Of a DNA stretch of 64,000 nt, positions 51,749-62,728 are shown piece by piece (positions within the stretch are counted from its first letter, which is position 1; every line of letters begins with the position of its first letter). The notes beneath the pieces were generated by a model. It saw only the letters and a program-made list of their open reading frames with translations. It searched no databases and was not told the origin of the DNA. The position numbers and the translations under genes are program-made. Source of the DNA: an uncultured bacterium. GTDB taxonomy: Bacteria; Krumholzibacteriota; Krumholzibacteriia; LZORAL124-64-63. The DNA is taken from positions 96,001 through 160,000 of the forward strand of contig CAVSZB010000002.1 of NCBI GenBank assembly GCA_963732385.1. The letters run 5' to 3'.

Positions 51749-54678
51749 TCAAGGCACCTGACCGGAAGGCCCTGGCGGCTTGCCGAACAGGGCCTTGAAA
51801 CGGGCGAGGTCGGCGAAGTTGACAGGCCCCACACTGTCAAGATTGGCCTCGGCATCGGTACCGCCGAATTTCGAACGAAACTCCGCCAGGTCGGCGTAGT
51901 TTACCCGGCCATCGTTGTTGAAATCGGCGTCACACCAGTTTCCGAATCCGTCAGTGTCCGTATCCTGCTGGCCGGGATTGGCAGCGCCGAGGCAGTTGTC
52001 GATACCGTCCTCGATGCCATCGTGGTCAGCATCCAGCGCGACCATTACAGTCACCAGCGCTGTGTCACTCAGGCTTACGCCATCGATGGTGTACTCGAAG
52101 GTATCGATGCCATGGAAGTCCGCATCAGACGTATAGACAATCGTCTGGGCACCCGGCGTACCGCCGACCACCGCCGCACCGTGCAGAGGATTGGTCTGGA
52201 TACCCAGTGCAGCACCGGAATCGAAGCCCAGATCGTTGGCACGCACATTGATCGCCAGCGGTACACCGCTGAAGGCATTTGCGTTGTCGTCACGTGCACC
52301 CGGCGTTGTATCGGGAACCACGGCAACCGTGACCTGCGCCGTATCGGAACTGTTGCCATCGGTCATGGTATAGACGAAGGAATCAGCACCCAAGTAGCTC
52401 GCATCCGAGCGGTAGGTAATGGTGCGGGTAGCGGCCGGACCGGCACCGCTGATCGCAGTAATCGTTCCATGCTCCGGCAAGTCGGTTACCGTCACTGTCA
52501 CCGGATCGCTGAAACCACGGTCATTTGCACCTACCGGAACAAGCGTGGGCAGGAATTGCATGGCGGACACCGGGCCATCATTGACGGCGTCGGGCGCGCT
52601 GATGTTGATGGTGACTGTGGCGCTGTCGATATTGAGGCCATCGTCGACCGTATAGACAAAGGTATCCACGCCGGTTGCACCAACGTTCGCGGTATATGAA
52701 ATGACCTGGCCAGTGACCGGGCCTGGCGCAGTGGTTACGGTGGCAGTTCCCTTGGCGGGGTTGGTAGTGACCAGAACGCCAACTGGATTACCGAAACCGG
52801 TGTCGTTCATACCGACAGGGATCAGCGTCGCATCAGAACCGAAAACGGTAACAGGGCCATCGTTGACTGCGTCAGGGGGCGGTGGCGCGAGGGATACATC
52901 AAAGGTGAAGATATACCCGGTATCAAAGCCGGTCGCCGTGTCACCTGCACCGGGAACAGATCCTGACCATTGGTGAGGGTGTAACGCTGGAAACCCGGAG
53001 CCGCACCGGCGACTGCCGCAGCCGTCATGGTGCTGTAGCTGTTGACCAGCGTCTGGACAGCACCCAACGAGAAATCGTCACCAGCCAGCGTGACCGTGGC
53101 CGATATGGCGTCGGGAGTGCTCTGGTTATAGGTGCTGTTGTTAGTGAAGTCGGCACCCAGGTTGTAGTTGCCGCAGATGTGCGCACCGACGACGCCACCG
53201 AAGGCACCTTCGGTGCACAGCCAGGTCGCGCCGGTCGCAGCGCCGGGACCGAAAGCGGTGCCGGTCATGGTGTGCGTCATCAGCACGGCGGCGCCCGCCT
53301 TGACGCGGCGCTCGTAGGTGCCGCTGGCCATGGCCAAAGTGCTGGTCGCGGTGTCGAAGGTCCAGGTGGCTGTGTCGTTGGCGGTCACCGCCCAAAGTGC
53401 CGCGCTCGTGGAGTTCTTGCTGAAGCTGCCAACGGTCACCATCGTCGCGGGTACCGGCGACGAGTCTGTAACTGTAAGGTTTACCGCAGCAGTATCCGTC
53501 CTGCTGCCATCACTCATGGTGTAAACAAACGAATCCGGACCTGTATAGCCAGCATTTGCCACATAGCTGATGGTGCGACTTGCAGCAGGACCGGCTGGAC
53601 TGATGGCTGCAATCGTGCCATGCAGCGGTGGGGTCGTGACCGTGATGGTCACCGGATCGATGAAGCCCTGATCATTTGCACCCACAGGAATGACAGTTAC
53701 AACCGATTGCCCTGCAGTTATCGGGCCATCATCATTGGCAGCGACGGTGTTTACGGTCACGCTGATCGTTGCCGTATCGGAATCCGAATCGCTATCCGTT
53801 AGGGTCAGCACACAACTGTCTGTACCCGTATAACTGGCATTCGGCGTATAGACCACCGTGCCCGTGGCATCGCCCGGCGTGACCACGCAGCTGCCGTTGG
53901 CGCCTTGGGTGGTCACCGCCAGCGTGTGCTGGGCGGCAGTACCGTCACCGAGAGTGATGGTCGGAGCGAAAGCCCCAGAGGCGTTATCTTCAAACGTCGT
54001 GATGTAGCCATCAGAGATCACAGGAACGGCATCAAGTGGACCGGTGGCAATATCAAAAGTAAAGATATACCCGGTATCAAATCCAGTTGCCGTGTCACCT
54101 GCACCCGGGAACAGATCCTGACCGTTGTTGAGGGTGTAACGCTGGAAACCCGGAGCCGCACCGGCGACTGCCGCAGCCGTCATGGTGCTGTAGCTGTTGA
54201 CCAGCGTCTGGACAGCACCCAACGAGAAATCGTCACCAGCCAGCGTGACCGTGGCCGATATGGCGTCGGGAGTGCTCTGGTTATAGGTGCTGTTGTTAGT
54301 GAAGTCGGCACCCAGGTTGTAGTTGCCGCAGATGTGCGCACCGACGACGCCACCGAAGGCACCTTCGGTGCACAGCCAGGTCGCGCCCGTCGCAGCGCCG
54401 GGACCGAATGCGGTGCCGGTCATGGTGTGCGTCATCAGCACGGCGGCGCCCGCCTTGACGCGGCGCTCGTAGGTGCCGCTGGCCATGGCCAAAGTGCTGG
54501 TCGCGGTGTCGAAGGTCCAGGTGGCTGTGTTGTTGGCGGTTACAGCCCAGAGTGCGGCGCTCGTGCAGTTCTTGCTGAAGCTGCCAACGGTCACCATCGT
54601 CGCGGGAACCGGTGCCGCATTCGCCACGCCCACACCGGCACTTCCGAGCAGTGCCGCTATCGCCAATACCTTACGCAT
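51749..54678 (-). CDS. Large secreted protein (~975 aa): two copies of an unknown ~190-aa domain, Big_9/cadherin-like Ig repeats, TSP3 repeat and C-terminal dockerin-like module; frameshift near 52950
   Basis: Signal peptide; A-N-D...P-HGT...Y-G-DSFVY repeats; DNCL...CDADFNNDGRVNYADL...NLDSVGPVNFADL...FGKPPGPS; restoring one C joins the two ORFs in frame. Confidence 0.85.
52898..54613 (-). repeat. Near-identical ~560-bp intragenic direct repeat (52898-53458 vs 54052-54613, offset 1155 bp)
   Basis: Direct comparison: identical over about 260 bp with only scattered substitutions elsewhere. Confidence 0.9.
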
Positions 54679-54715
54679 TAACGCTCTCCACGTCAGTCAG
54701 CTACCAAAGTCGCTC

Positions 54716-57376
54716 TCAAGGCACCAGCGCCGAAGGCCCCGGCGGCCGGCCGAACAGCGCCTTGAACCGCGCGAGGTCGGCAAAATTCACCCGGCCGTTG
54801 CTGTCGAGGTCGGTCTCCGGATCGGTCGTGGAGAACCGCGCACGCAGTTCAGCGAGGTCGGCGAAGTTCACCCGGCCATCGTTGTTGAAGTCGGCATCGC
54901 ACCAGTTGCCGTAACCGTCACCGTCGGCATCCTGCTGACCGGAGTTGGCCGCGGCCAGACAGTTGTCGCGGCCATCGTCCACGCTGTCCCGGTCTGCATC
55001 GGCAACGACGCCGATCGTTACCATCGCAGTGCCGAGACGAACGCCGTCATCGATGGCATAACTGAAGGTATCGATGCCGGTAAAGCCCGCGAACGGCGTA
55101 TAGGTGATGGACTGGCTGCCGGACGAACCGCTGACCACCGCGGTGCCGTGCTGCGGATTGGTAAAGATGTTCAGTACCGATCCGTAGTAGCTGAAACCCA
55201 CGTCGTTGGCACGCACATTGATCACAACGGGCTGACCGTCGGCAGTGGTCGCCGTATCGTTTTTTGCGCCGGGCGTGTAGTCCGCGACGATATTGATGGC
55301 AACAGTCGCGGTATCCGTGCTGACCCCGTCACTGATCCGGTAAGTAAAGGAGTCCTGGCCGGTATAACCGGTATTCGCCGTGTAGCTGATGGCCCGGGTG
55401 GCGGTGGGTCCGGGCGGACTGATCGCGGTAATCATCCCGCGCGTCGGCAAGGTCGTGATCGTCACGGTCACGGGGCCGGTAAAGCCCGTGTCATTTGCAC
55501 CGACCGGAATGACAGTGGCAACGCCCTGCGTTGCGGTCACCGGGCCATCGTTCACCGCCTCGGGCGCGGGAACAACAATGCTGACCGTCGCGGTATCCGT
55601 CTGCGTGCCGTCGGTCATGCTGTACACGAAGCTGTCGACACCAAAGTAACCGGCCGTCGCGGTGTAACTGATGGTCTGCGACCCGGCGGTCCCGGACAGG
55701 CTGATGGCGGTAACCGCACCATGCAGCGGCGGACTGGTCACCGTCACGGTCACCGGCCCGATGAAACCGGTGTCGTTGATACCCACCGGGATGACTGCGG
55801 TGGCCGTCGGTTCCACGGTCACCGGACCGTCATCGGCAGCCTCGGCAGGCGGCGGCGCGAGGGGAATATCAAACGCGATGCGGTAGCCGGCATCAAAACC
55901 GGTCACGGCATCGCCCTTGCCGGGCACGAGATCCTGGCCACTGTCCAGCACATAGCGCTGGAAACCGCTCGCTGCACCGGCAACAGCCACTGCCGTCTTG
56001 AAGCCACTGTAGGAATTCACCAGCGTCTGCGGCTCGCCGATCACGAAATCGTCACCACCGCGCGTGACCGTGGCAGCGATGGCGCTCGCGGTATAGATGC
56101 TCTCGTCATAACCGTTGCTGCCGAAATTGTAATTGCCGCAGATATGCGCACCGATGTAGCCACCAAACAGGCCTTCGGTGCAGGACCAGGTGTTCGCCGT
56201 CGCGTAACCGCTGCCGAGCACGGCGCCGGTCATGACATGCGTCATCAACGGGGTGGTGCCCACCCTGGCAAGCCGCGAGTAGGTGCCTCCAGACATCGCC
56301 AGTACGTTGCCCGCGAGGTCGAAGGTCCACATCGATGTATCGGCAGCCGTAACGGTCCACGGGGAAATGGTGGTCGAACGTTCGGCATAGCTCTCCACGC
56401 TCACCAGCGTGGCTGGCACCTGTGTGGACAGCGGCGGAGTGACCACCGAAATGCTGACGGTACCCGTGTCGCTCTGGAAACCATCGTTCATCGTGTACAC
56501 GAAAGAGTCGGGACCGATGTAATCCGAATTCGCCGTATAGCTGATCGTCTGGCTTGCGGCGCTGCCGCTGTTGCTGATCGCCGTAATCGTCCCGTGCAGC
56601 GGGGGCGTCGTCACGCTGACCAGAACCGGATCGATGAATCCGGTGTCATTGGCACCCACGGCGAGCACGGTTTCCACGGCCTGCACAGCCTGGACCGGAC
56701 CATCGTCGTTCGCATTTGCCGGTGGTGGTGCATCGGCGACGTCGAAGGTGAACACGTAACCGGTGTCGAAGCCGGTTGCCGTGTCACCGGCACCGGGGAA
56801 CAGATCCTGGCCGTTGTTGAAGGTGTAACGCTGGAAGCCGGCAGCCGCACCGGCGATCGGTGTGGCGGACGTGAAGTTGCTGTAGGAGTTGACCAGCGTC
56901 TGCGGTGCGCCAAGCACGATATCGTCGCCCAACGAGAGTGACCGTGGCCGAGATGGCGTCAGGGGTGACGCTGTTGTAGGTACTGTTGAGCTCGTAGTCC
57001 TCACCCAGACTTAGGTTACCGCAGATGTGCGCACCGACGACAGCAGGCCGAAAGTCACCTTCGGTGCATGCCAGGTGGTGCCGGTCGCAGTACCGGCACC
57101 GAAGGATGCACCGGTCATGGTGTGCGTCATCAGCGCAGTCGCGCCAACCTTGGCGACCCGCGCATAGGTGCCGCCATCCATGGCCAGCGTGTTGGTGTCG
57201 ACATCGAAGGTCCAGGTCGCCGTGTTGGCTGCGGTGGCCGTCCAGGGCGCGGCGCTCGAGGAGTTCCTGCTGTAGCTGCCGACGCTCACCATCGTCACGG
57301 GTACCGGCGCGGCTTGTGCAATCGAAACCAGGCCGGCACTGCCCAGCAGTGCGGAAATCGCGAATACCTTGCGCAT
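54716..57376 (-). CDS. Paralogous secreted protein (~885 aa) with the same architecture and dockerin-like C-terminus; frameshifts near 57060 and 56930
   Basis: MRKVFAISALLGSAGL signal; two CxEGxFG..GAHICGN domains; Ig repeats; CDADFNNDGRVNFADL...DLDSNGRVNFADL...FGRPPGPS. Confidence 0.85.
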
Positions 57377-57633
57377 GGATGTTCCCCCCGGAACTGGATT
57401 TATGGGCCGGGCGAACTTTGCCGCCCTGTAGCAATAGGCTTTATACCGCGACCGGCGTCACAAAAACACGCAGTGGACATAATCCGGGAGAAAAATCATG
57501 GGCTGCGCAGACTTCCAGCTGACCCGCCCCCGTTACAAAACGATACAAACAGTTACCCCCCTGAAAGGAATCGCTTGCTGCCGGTGCCTAGAGTACGTCC
57601 CATCGAGAAGCCCACCGGCACGAGGAGACGAAG

Positions 57634-57741
57634 ATGACCAACGAAGAATTCACCACTGGCGGTTACGAGTTTGGCGACCTGCTGCTGTCCGTGACGGCGA
57701 TGCTGGTCACCCTGGTCGCCACCTGGCAGTTCCTGCTCTAA
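57634..57741 (+). CDS. Small single-TM protein, 35 aa (MTNEEFTTGGYEFGDLLLSVTAMLVTLVATWQFLL)
   Basis: Read by hand: GAGGAG RBS 6 nt upstream of ATG, GC3-rich codons, TAA 57739-57741, downstream terminator. Confidence 0.6.
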   Translation: MTNEEFTTGGYEFGDLLLSVTAMLVTLVATWQFLL

Positions 57742-57831
57742 GGCAGCAACGCCACGATCACCCGGGGATCGCCGCGGCTCTTCCCCTTCCTCCGCCCCCC
57801 CTGGAGGTTATGCCCGCGGTCCCCACGTGAC

Positions 57832-57872
57832 GCCCGCCGCTCCACCCCCCTGGAGTCGGCGGGCAATTTTTT
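57832..57872 (+). terminator. GC hairpin with T-tract, probable terminator
   Basis: GCCCGCCG-CTCCA-cccccc-TGGAG-t-CGGCGGGC-aaTTTTTT. Confidence 0.7.
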
Positions 57873-60215
57873 TCAGAAGCGCCACAACACGCCGAGGTTC
57901 GGCGCAAACCGGATCCAGTGATCCACATCGCGCTCCAGCGTGTAGACCCCGCCACCGGTATCGCGCACGGCATATTCGCTGCAACAGGCGTTTTTCTGCG
58001 CCAGCAGGTTGGTGAACTCGACGAAAGTCAGGAGTTCGCTGTTTTCCAGAGCGAAGGTGTAGGCGACGCGCAGGTCCACGGATTTGAAGGCGTCGTAGCG
58101 CGTGGCATTGCGCTGGCCCACGACCACTGGCGGTACTTCCCCGGGCGGTGCCGTGCCCAGCGTTACCGGGGTGGTCGGCCAGCCGGTGTGCCAGGTGCCG
58201 GCCAGCGTCACATCCCAGCGACCGCTGATCCAGTTGAGGCCGGCATTGAAAGAGTGGGTCTGGTCCCAGCTGCGCCGCACTTCGTCGCCGTCGATATCAT
58301 CATCGGCCTGTGACCAGGTGTAACTCAGCCACCAGCCCCAGGGCCCGACACCTCGCCGGTTGAGCAACAACTCGACGCCACGCACGCTGCCTGCGGTGGC
58401 CGGGACTTCGATGCGGTCGGTCTGCAGCTCCGGTATCAGCACCAGCGGGTCGAACTGGTTCTCGAAACGCGGCCGCAGTTCCTCGTAGTCCTTGTAATAC
58501 GCTTCCAGCCGCACGCGGATGTGGTTAACCAGCGCATGTTCGGCACTCAGGATCAGATGATCAGCTCGCTGCGCCGGGAAGAAGGTCTGGATGCCATCCT
58601 CGAGCTGCAGCTCGTTGATGCCCTGTGCCTGGTAGAAACGGCCCCAGCTGGCCCGTAGCTGCGTGCGGGCATCGGGGTCGTAGCGCAGGTTCAGCCGCGG
58701 ACTGAGTTGCGTGCCGCCGTCCACCCGGTCCCAGGTCTGATTGTCCCAGCGCATGCCGAGTTCGGTGGTCAGACGGTCAGTCATGCGCCATCGACCGCTG
58801 ACAAACGCAGCCTGCTGGCTGCCATCAGGCTGCAGAGTTGCCTCCCGCACGGTCAGGCTCGGCGGTGAATCGGGAAAGGGCTCACCGGCAGCCACATCCA
58901 GGCTGCTGGCATATGAATAATGTGCACTGAGCAGTCCCAGCTCCAGGCCATATCGAAACAGCAGCCCGTCATTGCCCTGCTGCAGTTCCAGTTTCAGATT
59001 GCTTGCATTGAAGCTGCGGTGATCGCGCACGAAGCCGGAACGCCTGCCGGGATCTTCCACCGTGCCGTCACGATCATTGTCGACGTTGGTGTAAGCCAGC
59101 AGCGCCCGGCCCAACAATTGTTCCGACCAGCGATGCTCACCCGTGGCCCAGATGTAGGCAGTGTTGTCGCTGACCTTCGACGACTCCGTCTCCTGCGAGT
59201 TGTTGACCCGCAGATGGTCGTTGGCGACCAGCAGATGCAGCGCACCGCTGGTGGCTTCAGAAAAGTCGTATTCGACCTTGGAAAAGGAATCCAGGTATTT
59301 GGGCTCGCCGAGATTGCTGTCGACGAGCCTGATCGCGTCAGCCAGGTTGCTGCGCCGGCCCGACAGCAGCCAGCGCCCGCGGGCGTCATCGAAGCTGCCA
59401 CCGGCGAGGCCGTTGGTGTGATACAGCGAGGCGCCGATCGCACGCATGCCTTCGACCGGCGGAACCACCGAGCGCACATCGATCATCGCGCTCATCCGGT
59501 CACCGTAGTTCACCGGAAAGCCGCCGGCGTAGACATCCATGGCGCCGACGATTTCGGCATCGAGCACGCTGACCGGACTGAACAGGTTCTTCAGGTGGAA
59601 GGGTTCGGACAGCGTCAGGCCGTCGAACACGATGCCGGTTTCGTTCTGCTCGCCACCGCGGATATGCGCCAGACCGGAAATCCCGTTGCTGGCGGCACCC
59701 GGCAGTCGGTGCACCGCCCGCAGGCTTTCATCTGCAAGCTTGGGCAGTGCGCGCAACTCATCCTGCACCAGCACGGTACTGACACCGATCTCCTCGCTGG
59801 CCAGCACGTAACGGCTGGCGGTGACCACTACCGTATCGAGACCCGCAGGGCGTGGCGGCCTGGCCGCCTTGCCTGGCCTGATGGCCACCACCGACCAGAC
59901 ATCGGGGCCCACCGACTGCAACTTGAGGCCATGCGGGGCGAGGATTTCACTGAGCAAGGCGATGCCGCCGGCAGCGAGCGGTTCCTGCTGCACACGCAGG
60001 GCGGGTGACACGAGTTGATCGTTGTAGATCAGCGTCAGGCCGCGAGCCTGCCATTCACGCAGCACCTCGCTGACGGAGCGACCGACCTGGCTGTCGGCCG
60101 CCTGCGCCGGCGACACGAGCAGGGACGCCAGACCGAGACAGGTCGCGACCAGCAGGGCAAAGACAATCCGCAACCGATGACGCAGCACCGGTTGCGATGA
60201 TGGAAAACCAGACAT
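57873..60215 (-). CDS. TonB-dependent receptor with N-terminal signalling (STN-like) extension
   Basis: Extra N-terminal domain (GLTLIYNDQLV...LLSEILAPHGL) before LDTVVVTASRY; IRGGEQNE plug; C-terminal WRF. Confidence 0.9.
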   Translation of the reverse strand: MSGFPSSQPVLRHRLRIVFALLVATCLGLASLLVSPAQAADSQVGRSVSEVLREWQARGLTLIYNDQLVSPALRVQQEPLAAGGIALLSEILAPHGLKLQSVGPDVWSVVAIRPGKAARPPRPAGLDTVVVTASRYVLASEEIGVSTVLVQDELRALPKLADESLRAVHRLPGAASNGISGLAHIRGGEQNETGIVFDGLTLSEPFHLKNLFSPVSVLDAEIVGAMDVYAGGFPVNYGDRMSAMIDVRSVVPPVEGMRAIGASLYHTNGLAGGSFDDARGRWLLSGRRSNLADAIRLVDSNLGEPKYLDSFSKVEYDFSEATSGALHLLVANDHLRVNNSQETESSKVSDNTAYIWATGEHRWSEQLLGRALLAYTNVDNDRDGTVEDPGRRSGFVRDHRSFNASNLKLELQQGNDGLLFRYGLELGLLSAHYSYASSLDVAAGEPFPDSPPSLTVREATLQPDGSQQAAFVSGRWRMTDRLTTELGMRWDNQTWDRVDGGTQLSPRLNLRYDPDARTQLRASWGRFYQAQGINELQLEDGIQTFFPAQRADHLILSAEHALVNHIRVRLEAYYKDYEELRPRFENQFDPLVLIPELQTDRIEVPATAGSVRGVELLLNRRGVGPWGWWLSYTWSQADDDIDGDEVRRSWDQTHSFNAGLNWISGRWDVTLAGTWHTGWPTTPVTLGTAPPGEVPPVVVGQRNATRYDAFKSVDLRVAYTFALENSELLTFVEFTNLLAQKNACCSEYAVRDTGGGVYTLERDVDHWIRFAPNLGVLWRF

Positions 60216-60315
60216 GCCAATAAGAATGCCGCAGCCCCGGGCGAAGGCGCGGTGATGTTAGCACGCAGTCACCAGCTGCCCGGCACCGAAGGCCGGGCAT
60301 TGCAATGGCGGATGA

Positions 60316-61350
60316 TTACTGTTGCGCGCGCGGCTGAACGCTGATCAGGCCGCGATCGGCGGTGTAATCGAGCGGGGTGGTGGCCATCACTGCAGCCAGT
60401 GCGGCATCGGGGCGCAGACCGGCGATCGAACCGCGCAGCACGATCTCCGCTGCGGAGGATTGCAGCCGTGGCGAGCCGAACTCGATCTCCCGGCCGGTCT
60501 CGCGCGAGACCCAGACCAGAAATTCCGACAGCGTGCGTTGCTCGATCGCAAAGGGCGGTGTCACTTCCTGCGTCCAGTCCCAGAGCGCTGCGGTGCGCTC
60601 CACGCTCTGACGCTGAATGCTGCCGTCGGCCTTGAGCAGCACCTGTTCGCCGGCATCAGCCTGTGTGACAGGCCCGGTACCGGATACCTCGACACGTCCT
60701 TCACGCACGCTGACCAGCATCGCGTCGGGAGCAACCCGCACTTCATATTGCGTGCCGAGGTGCCGGGTGGTGCCGAAACGCGACTCGATCAGCAGCGGAT
60801 CGGCGCTGCCACTCCCGCGACCAGCATCCAGATAGACAGCGCCGCGCGTGACCACGATCCGTTCCGGCGTCAGCAGTGCGACGCGCGTATCGGTATCCAG
60901 TCGCAGGCTGACGCCGTCACGCAGCCGCAGCGCTGCCCGGCCCTGCGGCCCGGTAACGATCGCCTGCCCGGCACCCAGCGCCTGGCGCACCACCGCCGGT
61001 TGCCAGTCACCATCAGAACCCGCCTCGACTGCACCACTGACGCGACTCAGCGTCGCCAGCGGCGTCGCCGGCTGATTCAGCAGCGGCAAGGCAAACCAGC
61101 TGCCGATTGCCGCCACCGCCACGCTGGCCGCCATTGCCAGCGCTGGCCAACGACGGGCAGACGACCGGACTACCGGCCGCGGTTGCCGGGCCGCGACCAC
61201 CGCCCGCCACTCGGCCTCGACCACCGCGCGTATCTGCCGGGCCACGGCTGCAGGCGGATCGGCACGCGGACCGACATCGCGCAACAGGGCAGCCAGCGAG
61301 GCTTCTTCGCCGGGCCGCATCGCTTCATCATTCTTGTGCATCATGTTCAT
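60316..61350 (-). CDS. FecR-family anti-sigma / signal transducer
   Basis: TM LAMAASVAVA, SLRLDTDTRV, RGAVYLD, HLGTQYEVR, SVREGRVEV, C-terminal periplasmic domain. Confidence 0.9.
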   Translation of the reverse strand: MNMMHKNDEAMRPGEEASLAALLRDVGPRADPPAAVARQIRAVVEAEWRAVVAARQPRPVVRSSARRWPALAMAASVAVAAIGSWFALPLLNQPATPLATLSRVSGAVEAGSDGDWQPAVVRQALGAGQAIVTGPQGRAALRLRDGVSLRLDTDTRVALLTPERIVVTRGAVYLDAGRGSGSADPLLIESRFGTTRHLGTQYEVRVAPDAMLVSVREGRVEVSGTGPVTQADAGEQVLLKADGSIQRQSVERTAALWDWTQEVTPPFAIEQRTLSEFLVWVSRETGREIEFGSPRLQSSAAEIVLRGSIAGLRPDAALAAVMATTPLDYTADRGLISVQPRAQQ

Positions 61351-61371
61351 CAATCCTTCTGATAAGCCGGT

Positions 61372-61977
61372 CTAGGACAGGCTCGCCAGTACATCCTGTG
61401 CCGCGGCACCGAACACCGCTTCCAGCGCATCGCGAAATGCCACCCGCGCACGCGCCAGCAGCGACTGTGTCGCGGTCGTGCCGATACCGAGCTCCACACC
61501 GATCTCTTCCACCGACAGGCCTTCGACGTACTTCATCTCCAGCGCATCGCCATAGCGCGGCGGCAGCCGATCGAGCACCGAGCGCACCAGGCGGCGCGTC
61601 TCGGCCGCGCTGTAGCGATTGGCGGGCTCTTCCGTCTCCGGAGCGGCAATCGCATCGACTGCCGCCCGGAGCTCGGGACTGTCGTCCATGAGCACGACCT
61701 TGTCGGAATGGCGGTGCCGGGCGCGCAACCAGTCGACGATTTCATGCCGGCAGATCTGGCAGACCCAGGTAAACAGCGAGGCTTCGTTGCGGAAATCGGC
61801 CAGCTTGCGCATGGCCTTGACCAGCGTGGCCTGCACCACTTCAGCCGTCGCATCGGCGTCGCCGCCCAGGCGCGGCAGGGCAAAACGGTAGACACGCGGG
61901 AAATAGCCATCGAAAAAGGCCGTGAACGCGCGTTCATCGCCCTTGAGCATTCCGGCTATGAGTTCTGTCGATTCCAT
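61372..61977 (-). CDS. ECF RNA polymerase sigma factor
   Basis: GDERAF...YFPRVYRFA, FRNEASLFTWVCQI, LPPRY...GLSVEEIG...SLLARAR. Confidence 0.93.
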   Translation of the reverse strand: MESTELIAGMLKGDERAFTAFFDGYFPRVYRFALPRLGGDADATAEVVQATLVKAMRKLADFRNEASLFTWVCQICRHEIVDWLRARHRHSDKVVLMDDSPELRAAVDAIAAPETEEPANRYSAAETRRLVRSVLDRLPPRYGDALEMKYVEGLSVEEIGVELGIGTTATQSLLARARVAFRDALEAVFGAAAQDVLASLS

Positions 61978-62036
61978 CACGCTTCCGGTGACCGCCTGGG
62001 TAGCCTGGTACGGGCTTGGACGTTGCTGTCGGCCAC

Positions 62037-62069
62037 AATCAATCGGCGCTTGGCCGCCGGCGATTGATT
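62037..62069. promoter_or_regulatory. Inverted repeat in the divergent ECF/hemolysin intergenic region
   Basis: AATCAATCG-N15-CGATTGATT. Confidence 0.4.
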
Positions 62070-62134
62070 TTCAGCGCAGCCACCGTCAGAGGCTGCAGAC
62101 GAGCCAATTCACGCCAAGGATGGATCACTTGCCA

Positions 62135-62728
62135 ATGGAACACACCCCCACCAGCCCGTTTAGCCTGCAGCAGGCACCCCGTGGTGCAGCACTGCGTGGC
62201 GAACTGGAGTCATTTGTCGCCCACGCCTTCCAGGACAAGCATGGCGCGCAGATTCACTCGTTCATGCCCGATCTGCTGGGCATGCACAATGCCAGCGGCG
62301 AACTGCGGGCCGTGGCCGGCTGCCGGCCAGCCCGGCAGGAGCGCCTGTTTCTGGAACAATATCTGGATGAGCCGGTAGAGGCATTGCTGAGCGCAAGACT
62401 CGGCCAGCCGGTGGCGCGCCGGGAGATCATCGAGATCGGCAACCTCGCCAGCAACGGCTGCCGGCAGGCACGGCATCTGGTCAGCCTGCTGCCGCGCTAC
62501 CTGCTGGATCGCGGTTATACCTGGGCCATCTTCACGGCCACGGGCCTGGTGCGGGACGTACTGCAGAGCGTGGGCGCAGAACTGATCGAGCTGGCCGTCG
62601 CCGATCACGGCAAGGTCAGCACCGGCAATGACGCCTGGGGCAGCTACTACCGCAATGACCCGCGCGTGATGGCCGGCTATCTGCCCGATGGCCTGCATCT
62701 CTCGCCACGCCACCGCGTCCGCCATTGA
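62135..62728 (+). CDS. 'Thermostable hemolysin' (delta-VPH) family protein
   Basis: HGAQIHSFMPDLL, LFLEQYLDEPVE, REIIEIGNLAS, WAIFTAT, WGSYYRNDPRVMAG. Confidence 0.9.
   Translation: MEHTPTSPFSLQQAPRGAALRGELESFVAHAFQDKHGAQIHSFMPDLLGMHNASGELRAVAGCRPARQERLFLEQYLDEPVEALLSARLGQPVARREIIEIGNLASNGCRQARHLVSLLPRYLLDRGYTWAIFTATGLVRDVLQSVGAELIELAVADHGKVSTGNDAWGSYYRNDPRVMAGYLPDGLHLSPRHRVRH

Noticed and set aside
52898..54613. Diversity-generating retroelement TR/VR pair (a DUF1566 gene is also in the window)
   Set aside because: Both copies are coding and about 560 bp long, differences are not confined to adenines (e.g. TGC/TCC), no reverse transcriptase is present, and the DUF1566 3' end has no second copy that I could see.
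62135..62728. Secreted virulence toxin
   Set aside because: There is no signal peptide and the gene is coupled to an adenylating enzyme; the family name alone is not evidence of hemolysis.
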